Positions 56,993 to 64,000 of a stretch of 64,000 nucleotides of DNA are shown piece by piece (the stretch's first letter is position 1; the number at the start of each line of letters is the position of its first letter). The translations under genes and the position numbers were made by a program. Source of the stretch: a virus; the IMG/VR virus record IMGVR_UViG_3300027734_000048, positions 1-64,000 of that record, one strand, 5' to 3'. The notes beneath the pieces are model-generated. The model worked only from the letters and a program-made list of their open reading frames with translations, did not search any database and was not told the origin of the DNA.

Positions 56993-57544
56993 TTAATTTA
57001 TAGATTCAATTATGTCTGGCATTTGATGATAGTCATAGTCAATGATCATTTTATTACCGCCGTAGGTTCTGGCTGTTCCAAAGTCAATAATATCCCTGAC
57101 CTCTTCTAGTTGGTATATCTTAAAATTGTGGAAATAAAATTGGCAGGTCATGCCATCAATAACTCTTCCTTTGGCCCAATCATTTATTTCTTGAGCAGTT
57201 TCATCTCCACGATCCATATACCTAAGAACTGCTTCTTGAACCCTTATCATATTTTCAATTACAGTATTTTGAGTTGCATAAAAATAATACAATAGTTGCT
57301 CACATTTAATGTGTGGGAAAGGAGATCTTCTCATTCTAATTAGTCTGTCATATACAGCAAGAACACCAGTATATGAGACTCTTTCCTCATTAATAACAAT
57401 CCACTGTTCTGTAAGATCATCTAGGGTAGTTGGTGTTGTTGGAAAAAATGGAACTGGAACTCTTGATATCTCAAAAATTTTTTCTTGAAGATATGAGTTT
57501 ATCCATAGCCCTGGTGTGTTTAATGTTGATTTTGGTTCTTCCAT
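56993..57544 (-). CDS. putative tail terminator or neck protein
   Basis: immediately upstream of the major tail gene. Confidence 0.6.
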   Translation of the reverse strand: MEEPKSTLNTPGLWINSYLQEKIFEISRVPVPFFPTTPTTLDDLTEQWIVINEERVSYTGVLAVYDRLIRMRRSPFPHIKCEQLLYYFYATQNTVIENMIRVQEAVLRYMDRGDETAQEINDWAKGRVIDGMTCQFYFHNFKIYQLEEVRDIIDFGTARTYGGNKMIIDYDYHQMPDIIESIN

Positions 57545-58218
57545 TATGCCACCACCTTAGCATTTGCTACCCAACGATATCCTACTGCTTTACCAACACT
57601 CTTACCACCAGTTTTACCTCTACGCAAGTTTGCTTTATATACCGTTGGATTATTAAAGTATTGCGATAGACCACTAGATCTTAAAAATGCTTGAGTAAAA
57701 TATACATTAAAAAATGTATCGAATGTATTTGCAAACTGTCCCTGTACATTTCCTCCAGGATTTTGTACAGTTACTGGCTTTTTTGTATATACTGCTTCTC
57801 CACCAACTTCAAATCTTAAAACATCAGAATTTTTTGGTGCTATTGTTACTGCTATTCCATTTTCCATAATTCTTGCCTTATCCTGAAATGGAACATTTGA
57901 TCCTGTCTGAATACTTGTAGACTGCTTAAAGTCAGAAGTGAATGATACGCCACGATTATTTATTGAGTATTTAATATCAAATAGTCTTGCATTTTGATTG
58001 CCTGCGTTATACCACTCATAAACATGATGAAGTGACTGTTCATCTACCCGTGCATTTGAGTCAATAAATAAACCTGCCTGCTCTGAAACAGCAGAACCAA
58101 GATTATTTAAAAACTCTGTTTTTGCAGCAACGGATCCTTCAACAAATCCGTATGAATAGTTGACTATGTTATTTATCTCTTTATTAAACTTTCTTGCATC
58201 AAACTTAAGGGTTATCAT
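57544..58218 (-). CDS. putative neck or tail-completion protein
   Basis: position in the head-tail connector block. Confidence 0.6.
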   Translation of the reverse strand: MITLKFDARKFNKEINNIVNYSYGFVEGSVAAKTEFLNNLGSAVSEQAGLFIDSNARVDEQSLHHVYEWYNAGNQNARLFDIKYSINNRGVSFTSDFKQSTSIQTGSNVPFQDKARIMENGIAVTIAPKNSDVLRFEVGGEAVYTKKPVTVQNPGGNVQGQFANTFDTFFNVYFTQAFLRSSGLSQYFNNPTVYKANLRRGKTGGKSVGKAVGYRWVANAKVVA

Positions 58219-58661
58219 ATATCTACCGCCTGGTTTTCTGATCTGCGTAAAACTAACTTGTAGTAGTCTACTTTTCCAAATGGACCAAGGAATGGCTCCT
58301 GTGATGCAACTTCAAATATTGTAGACTTTCCCGCTCTAGGGCCAGCGGTTTCTACATAAACATTATTGCAATTTCTATCTTGAATGTTTGTTAAAATTAT
58401 GTTTGTTATAGATGTGCCAGAGTCAAGACTAGACACTCTTATATCTGATTTAACTCTGCCAATAAGTAAAGTATCTTGTGTGATATTTACATTTGGGACA
58501 ATTTCTTCTTTTGTTTTTAAACCAGAAGTTGTAAAATGACAAGCAATAACTTTATCTAAAATCCACTGCTTCTTAACATTTCCATAAGTACCCTGCTCAA
58601 CAATTGGATAAAAAACATCCACCTGCATAGGGAACATAAAATCTTTTCCCTCGCACTGCAT
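58215..58661 (-). CDS. putative head-closure protein
   Basis: position; beta-rich. Confidence 0.6.
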   Translation of the reverse strand: MQCEGKDFMFPMQVDVFYPIVEQGTYGNVKKQWILDKVIACHFTTSGLKTKEEIVPNVNITQDTLLIGRVKSDIRVSSLDSGTSITNIILTNIQDRNCNNVYVETAGPRAGKSTIFEVASQEPFLGPFGKVDYYKLVLRRSENQAVDI

Positions 58662-59572
58662 TAGATCAATCCTGGCTTAGGTATTGTGACTGTATATTTA
58701 TCTAAAATCTTATCAACAATCATATTGCCAGTTCCCTCAAATATTTTTTTATCGAACTGAATCTTGAACTGATCTGAATTATACGATGTTACGTAGCGTG
58801 TGTAATAATCTAACTTGCCACACTTTAGGTCTTCGATTAAAAGTTTAGTTGCATATTCAACATCAGGTGGTAGTGCTCTATAGCCAATATCAAGGACAAA
58901 TGTATAGTCCCATCCCTTTGGAAAGGCTACTGCTGATGTTCCAAAAACATTTGCTAAATCTCCAAACGCTCTTGGATATTGCTGTGCTCCAGTTTCAATT
59001 CTATTATATTGTTCTGCGATAACTCTTTGAATTGCTGAGTTGTCAAATGTGACCATAAAATCATACATATTTGTTTCTGGTGTTTCAACATCATAAACTA
59101 AAACATTGTTTTCATAAACCTTTAGAACCTTATTTAGGTCTTCCCAAATTGAAAAATAATCTGATCCATCTGCAACTTTTTGCACTATATGCTTGCTATT
59201 GTAAAAACCATCTACGATAACTGTATCAATAATAGATCTGGCAACCATTTCAAATGTTTTGTATTCTTCAATTTCTGAGGCAGTCGTTCCTAGTTTGTTT
59301 GGATCTGTATACGGTCTAACAATATCTAGGTTTTCTTCATATAGTGTATGGATATGCTCTGTGTCATAAAACTTAATAAAAAATTTACGGTCATATTGGA
59401 CCTGTGCCAAAGGTATTTCATAAATCAATTTTCCATTGGCATCTGAAAAAATATTAGTTTCAGTTACTGAGTGATCCACCAAATCCTCAACATAGACAAC
59501 ATACTCATAATTGGGTATAGGCAAAGTCCATGTTGTTGTTAAAGGATATGGTGGAACTCTCAATACTTCCAT
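58661..59572 (-). CDS. putative head-tail adaptor
   Basis: GYRALPPDVEYAT-x2-LI and TGNMIVDKILDKY adaptor-like motifs. Confidence 0.65.
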   Translation of the reverse strand: MEVLRVPPYPLTTTWTLPIPNYEYVVYVEDLVDHSVTETNIFSDANGKLIYEIPLAQVQYDRKFFIKFYDTEHIHTLYEENLDIVRPYTDPNKLGTTASEIEEYKTFEMVARSIIDTVIVDGFYNSKHIVQKVADGSDYFSIWEDLNKVLKVYENNVLVYDVETPETNMYDFMVTFDNSAIQRVIAEQYNRIETGAQQYPRAFGDLANVFGTSAVAFPKGWDYTFVLDIGYRALPPDVEYATKLLIEDLKCGKLDYYTRYVTSYNSDQFKIQFDKKIFEGTGNMIVDKILDKYTVTIPKPGLI

Positions 59573-59575
59573 TAA

Positions 59576-60037
59576 TTATGCACCAAATTCCGATTTAACT
59601 TCTTCTGGTGTAACTAGTGTTACGTGATCACGAGTAAGCCATTGTTCTGCTTCTTTTTGAGAAACGATATTGATTCCCTTTGAAACCTTACCAACGCCAA
59701 CCCAAGAAACATTCTTAGTTGACTTAACAGCAACTGTCTTTTCATCCTTTGCAGGCTTTGCTACTGCTGCCTTGCGTGGTTCACGCTTTGCAGTAGTTGC
59801 ACCAATTGCTCCATTGGCTACTGTTCCAACAGCCTGAACTGTATCTGATCCAGCATATGATGGTGCTGCGATTGCTGTTGGTTCTTCTGCTTTTTCTTCT
59901 TCCTGAGCAGGGGCTGCAGGTGCTTCTTCAACAACTGGTGTTTCTACAACTGGTGCCTCTTCGACAACTGCTGTTTCTACAACTTCTGGTGTTTCTACAA
60001 CTGCTTCTTCTGCAGGATTATTATTAAAATCTTCCAT
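59576..60037 (-). CDS. hypothetical protein with an acidic Glu/Val/Pro-rich N-terminus
   Basis: AGGAGG SD; follows the capsid gene. Confidence 0.7.
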   Translation of the reverse strand: MEDFNNNPAEEAVVETPEVVETAVVEEAPVVETPVVEEAPAAPAQEEEKAEEPTAIAAPSYAGSDTVQAVGTVANGAIGATTAKREPRKAAVAKPAKDEKTVAVKSTKNVSWVGVGKVSKGINIVSQKEAEQWLTRDHVTLVTPEEVKSEFGA

Positions 60038-60055
60038 TATTTCCTCCTGAATAGT

Positions 60056-60064
60056 ATTATATCA
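60056..60064 (-). promoter_or_regulatory. extended -10 promoter TGATATAAT
   Basis: directly after the capsid terminator. Confidence 0.6.
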
Positions 60065-60071
60065 TTATAAA

Positions 60072-60108
60072 TGATAAGGGGAGCAGGAGCGTTAACTCCT
60101 ACTCCCCC
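60072..60108 (-). terminator. intrinsic terminator after the major capsid gene
   Basis: GGGGAGTAGGAG-TTAACG-CTCCTGCTCCCC hairpin. Confidence 0.8.
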
Positions 60109-60128
60109 TAAAGTTTTACTGTTACAGA

Positions 60129-61277
60129 TTATGCATCTGCTGCAGCGTCAGCCCATGCGATTGCATCTTGTTCTTCCCACTGAATACCGAAGCGAACGAA
60201 GACTGTATATTCTACAGTGTCCTTCTTTGGCTTGTATTCACGGTTAACTGTGATGTCACGCTGGAATCCCCATACACGGTTCTGTGGGAATGTCAAGTCG
60301 ACATATCCTGCAGGGTAGTAAGGAACTTCTTGTACGTCAATTCCGAGAACACGAGTTGTACGTGCTCCACCGAATGTCTGTGCTGTACCATCAAGGTATG
60401 CTTGACGGTTTGCAGGTGTACCTGCTGGTGTACCAGCAAATGCTTCTGCGATTGCGTCTGCAAGAGTACCATTATTCTTAATGATTCCCTGGAACGCATC
60501 TGTACCAGCATAGAACTTCAAGTTAGACTTGATTGCACGGTACTTACGTGGCATTGCAAGAATGATCTTCTGCATTGCATCTGTTGTCCAGTTATTATTT
60601 GTAACTGTAACAACTGCTTCGTGAGCATCTCCATCAGTCTTAACATGAGGTACGAAACCTTCCATGATTGAAAGAAATGCGTCTGATCCTGTTCCTGTTC
60701 CGTTGATTGCAAGGTCTTCGATATCATTACCGAAAGCATTTGTCATCAAACGTACAATGTGATCTTCTAGTTGTGCACCTTCGATATTATCTTCTAGTGC
60801 TTCTGCAGAAACTTCCCAGTCAAGACGAATCTTCTTTGTAGTCAATTCAACCTTTGAGAATGTTGCTCCTGCGTTTGTGTAGTCGCCAACTGCTTGCGCT
60901 GCTGCACGAATTACACGCTCTCCGACGTTTACCTTTTCGAGTTCCATTGTATTGGCTCTCATAGTAACACGACGGCCATCTTGGGCGAGAGTGGTTGCAT
61001 CCCACACGTAGTCAATAAAACGACGTGCTTGCTCTGGGCGTAGGATACCTGATCCAGCCTCACCTGAAGGGTTTACTGCGTTTGGTCCTGTTGTTAGACC
61101 GTTATTTGATGTAGGGATGTTTCCAAGTACTCCACCGTCTGTGTAGTTACCTGGTACGTTTACTCCTGCATCTGAACCTGATGCGAATGCTCCCTGACCC
61201 TGATAGAGTCCTGGTGCTGTTCCACCTAGATTACCTGAAGTTCCAGGTTGGTTCTTGATTATTTCTTGTTCCGACAT
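60129..61277 (-). CDS. major capsid protein (HK97 fold)
   Basis: GILRPEQARRFID, EALEDNIEG, EDLAINGTG; AGGAGGT SD; follows protease-scaffold. Confidence 0.92.
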   Translation of the reverse strand: MSEQEIIKNQPGTSGNLGGTAPGLYQGQGAFASGSDAGVNVPGNYTDGGVLGNIPTSNNGLTTGPNAVNPSGEAGSGILRPEQARRFIDYVWDATTLAQDGRRVTMRANTMELEKVNVGERVIRAAAQAVGDYTNAGATFSKVELTTKKIRLDWEVSAEALEDNIEGAQLEDHIVRLMTNAFGNDIEDLAINGTGTGSDAFLSIMEGFVPHVKTDGDAHEAVVTVTNNNWTTDAMQKIILAMPRKYRAIKSNLKFYAGTDAFQGIIKNNGTLADAIAEAFAGTPAGTPANRQAYLDGTAQTFGGARTTRVLGIDVQEVPYYPAGYVDLTFPQNRVWGFQRDITVNREYKPKKDTVEYTVFVRFGIQWEEQDAIAWADAAADA

Positions 61278-61313
61278 ATTGTCACCTCCTGTGATTTTTA
61301 CTTATTTTATTTT

Positions 61314-61979
61314 TTAATTGAATAAGTCGGCTGTTTTGAGGAAACTACCGCCCCATAGGGATTTTTCAACCATTTCAGGTTGATCCTGTACAATCTCGCC
61401 GAGATCGCCAGACTTTCGGAAAGCGGTGTCTGCTTCTACAGCATCTACACGCTTACCAAATTCATTGAATTCTTTTGAAACTGATGCAATATCTTTTGCA
61501 ACTGCTTCAAATGAACTTTTTGCTGTATCAACATCGACCTTTGAAACCTTAAGTGCTTCCACTTCGGCTTGCAATGATTTAACTGTTGATACTAGATCGC
61601 TAAAGGCTGATGTTAGAGTGTTCTTGATTTCTGCAATTGACTCTGCAATTACTTCATCTGACTTTGGAGCCATTGGCTTCTTGTCTTCTTCTGCCTCAAC
61701 ATCTGTTGACTCAGTTCCTTCATGAGCAGCAGATTCTTCAGCATCAGTCGGCTTTGCAGCCTTTTCTGTTGAATCTTCTGTATTTGTATCAGACTTTGAA
61801 TCGCACATGCATGCATCCATAGCCTTTCCACAATCTGGACATGTTGAAGCCTTTGTAACTTCATGTGTATTAGCATCTGCCTCTGGAGCAACCTCTGTTG
61901 ATTTAACTACTTCTGTTGCTGTTGCCTCTGTTGCTTCTGCAACTGTGGTTTCAACAACTGTTGTTGTTTCTTCTGTCAT
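61314..61979 (-). CDS. nested in-frame scaffold protein (internal start)
   Basis: AAGGAGGT SD 7 nt before the in-frame ATG at 61979 (MTEETTT...). Confidence 0.65.
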   Translation of the reverse strand: MTEETTTVVETTVAEATEATATEVVKSTEVAPEADANTHEVTKASTCPDCGKAMDACMCDSKSDTNTEDSTEKAAKPTDAEESAAHEGTESTDVEAEEDKKPMAPKSDEVIAESIAEIKNTLTSAFSDLVSTVKSLQAEVEALKVSKVDVDTAKSSFEAVAKDIASVSKEFNEFGKRVDAVEADTAFRKSGDLGEIVQDQPEMVEKSLWGGSFLKTADLFN

Positions 61980-62738
61980 AGGATTTACCTCCTTGGTAAT
62001 CTTAGAAGTATTAATGCCTTTAGCACTATCAACTAAGAACTTTATCATGTTTGTTTTTTCGTTATCCGTTTTTTCGACGAATCCTATATTTTTCATTTCA
62101 TTACCAGTTACTGGGCTTGTAACTGATTCTTCTTCAGACAACAAAACAATGCCTGATTCGTTGTCGTAGAAAACATTTTCAAGGACTGTGTTTGATCCAT
62201 CGCCCTTAATAACATCAATGCCATCAACCTTTTCTACTGACATAATATTTGCAAATTGATTAGCAGGGGAATCTACAAGACTCAACTCTACTAAATCATA
62301 TTCTTTAATAATTCTAATTTGTGTGTCTGACTTCTCATCATAAGCGTCATCCCACTTATTCATTCTTCCGCCAATTGAAAAACCAGTATATGTTCCATCC
62401 AAAACTTTTTCCCATGCATCTTGTGCACCCTTAGAAATGTATGCAGAAACAAAAACACCAGAATAAAATTTCTTAGATTCTGGATCAAAGTACTTATCTT
62501 CTTTAAATGATACCATCTTTCCTACTGCTGATGGTGTATGCATTTCTCTAATGTTCCCACGGAATTTTGCAAATGCATCCATCGATGCTTCTGATGTTAC
62601 AATATCATTTTGTTTGTCTAAATTGTCAAGGGACGCAAAACCTGAGACTATGCGTCTTTCCTTATCGACTTTAGCAAATGGAAGGGAGAGGCGAACACTT
62701 TCGCCCTCAGTATCCCAATGGGCTTTAGATATGATCAT
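61314..62738 (-). CDS. prohead protease fused to a scaffold domain
   Basis: VSGFAS, REMH, GFSIGG and ELSLVDSPAN protease motifs; acidic coiled-coil C-terminus. Confidence 0.9.
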   Translation of the reverse strand: MIISKAHWDTEGESVRLSLPFAKVDKERRIVSGFASLDNLDKQNDIVTSEASMDAFAKFRGNIREMHTPSAVGKMVSFKEDKYFDPESKKFYSGVFVSAYISKGAQDAWEKVLDGTYTGFSIGGRMNKWDDAYDEKSDTQIRIIKEYDLVELSLVDSPANQFANIMSVEKVDGIDVIKGDGSNTVLENVFYDNESGIVLLSEEESVTSPVTGNEMKNIGFVEKTDNEKTNMIKFLVDSAKGINTSKITKEVNPMTEETTTVVETTVAEATEATATEVVKSTEVAPEADANTHEVTKASTCPDCGKAMDACMCDSKSDTNTEDSTEKAAKPTDAEESAAHEGTESTDVEAEEDKKPMAPKSDEVIAESIAEIKNTLTSAFSDLVSTVKSLQAEVEALKVSKVDVDTAKSSFEAVAKDIASVSKEFNEFGKRVDAVEADTAFRKSGDLGEIVQDQPEMVEKSLWGGSFLKTADLFN

Positions 62739-62776
62739 GGTTATTATATTATATACCCTTTTTTACAGAAGTATCA

Positions 62777-64000
62777 CTATTCGGACATTTCAGCAATTGC
62801 ATCAATATCGTCAAATTTTCTGCCCTCACCCTTTGGATTTCGTCCTGCAACTGTTGCAGATCCATCAGACTGATTATTTGTTCGTTGGGCATCTCTGGCT
62901 CTATTTGTAGTTGCATCTGCTGACTGTTGTGGCTTAAGGTCTAGTGGCTGATCCCCACCATCTCTTTGTGGCATTCTCAAAATAGTTCTTGCCTCATTAG
63001 GAAGCATGATTTGATTTTTTACATAACGCTCAAGGATTTGTGATTGTGCAATTTCATCAGTTAATGTGAGTTCATTAAACTTAAACTGAAGAATATCTGT
63101 TTTTTCACGAATAATCTTATTGATTGGCTTTTCAAGTTCTCTTTGTGCTGGTCTTGCAACCTGTTCCTTAAATGTTCTATCTTGTGCAAGTGCTGCAGCG
63201 ATAGCAGATGAATCGGATCCGCCAAGTTTTGAAAGTGGCACCTGATGTGCTACCAAAATATCATCACGATTTTGCTTACGATACTTTTCAAAAGATCCCT
63301 CTTGAACACCATTTTCAATTGGCTCCATCTTAAACTCAACCTTATTTGTATCAGAGTCTCCTGGGAGTGGTATATAAAGAGTTCTATGATTTTGCCCCTT
63401 CATTCCAGTCTGCAAGAATCTAAACATCTTATCTTCTGCTTCACCAGAAAGTTTTGCACCCTTAAGAGTTACAACATATCGTGGTACTGCCTTGTTGCTA
63501 AAATAGTCAATATTGTATTGTGATGCAAGCATATCTCCTTGAAGTGCTGTGATTGCTGAAATAATATCTGGAACACCGTAAAAAGTATTTAGTGGAGAGT
63601 ATTCTTTAAAGTGAATAATTTCATTTGGTCTAGCATCTGCAGTTACTGGATTTGGGTTTGTTGCTCCAAAGTTACGGAAATAAACAACTTTATTTGCAAT
63701 AACCTGAACAAATCCATCACGCAGTCTTCTTGCTCTCATTGTTACTGATGGGATGTGACCAATGTATCCTATTTCTCCTTTTACCGTACGTCCAACTTCA
63801 ATGTATCCGTTTCCAGTTGCTTGAACATCTGTATAAACCTTTTCCATAATAGTAGTAAACGAGTCTTCGCTATTTAGACTTTCAAGCCAATCTGTTAACT
63901 CTATCTTTGCTCTTTCAATTCTTTTTCTAGCACGACCAACTGCTTCTGAATCTGAAGAAGATTCTAACTTCAACATTGTCCTTGAAGAAACCTCAAAGTC
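62777..64000 (-). CDS. portal protein (5' end outside the window)
   Basis: TGNGYIEV, EIIHFK, FYGVPD, ILVAHQVP, NEAR-x2-L; frame open to the window edge. Confidence 0.92.
   Translation of the reverse strand, partial: DFEVSSRTMLKLESSSDSEAVGRARKRIERAKIELTDWLESLNSEDSFTTIMEKVYTDVQATGNGYIEVGRTVKGEIGYIGHIPSVTMRARRLRDGFVQVIANKVVYFRNFGATNPNPVTADARPNEIIHFKEYSPLNTFYGVPDIISAITALQGDMLASQYNIDYFSNKAVPRYVVTLKGAKLSGEAEDKMFRFLQTGMKGQNHRTLYIPLPGDSDTNKVEFKMEPIENGVQEGSFEKYRKQNRDDILVAHQVPLSKLGGSDSSAIAAALAQDRTFKEQVARPAQRELEKPINKIIREKTDILQFKFNELTLTDEIAQSQILERYVKNQIMLPNEARTILRMPQRDGGDQPLDLKPQQSADATTNRARDAQRTNNQSDGSATVAGRNPKGEGRKFDDIDAIAEMSE

Noticed and set aside
47446-62910. Many short plus-strand and alternate-frame ORFs inside the tape measure, capsid and protease genes
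   Set aside because: They lie within well-supported genes and are expected from codon bias.
1-64000. Stop-codon reassignment
   Set aside because: Core genes are full length in the standard code, and TAA, TAG and TGA all end genes at coupled junctions.

Overview
This is a 64-kb segment of a large, AT-rich tailed (siphovirus-type) phage genome, coded almost entirely on the minus strand in the standard code. WhiB, DnaE, RecA, FmdB-type zinc ribbons and leaderless TGnTATA(A/C)T promoters point to an actinobacterial host, probably freshwater (inference). Reading right to left, it holds a head and tail module: portal (partial), protease-scaffold, major capsid, neck, major tail, two tail chaperones, a 2801-aa tape measure and tail-tip proteins. 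Next is a replication and recombination module (DnaB, primase, SSB, DnaE, RecA, Cas4-like exonuclease, resolvases), then terminase and a set of exported surface proteins. The left ~19 kb is an accessory region with tRNA-Asn, an RsmI-like methyltransferase, several 2OG-Fe(II) oxygenases, a GT60-like glycosyltransferase, a carbamoyltransferase, a sulfotransferase, an APS kinase-nucleotidyltransferase fusion, a CHAP endolysin, WhiB, thioredoxin, Hsp20 and Dps. The best leads are: (1) a candidate hydroxylate/glycosylate/carbamoylate/sulfate modification system; (2) tail chaperones G and GT apparently made by gene duplication instead of frameshifting; (3) a ROSE-like RNA thermometer on hsp20; (4) hairpins that straddle promoters; (5) probable ATT starts. 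All family calls come from reading motifs by eye; no searches were run.
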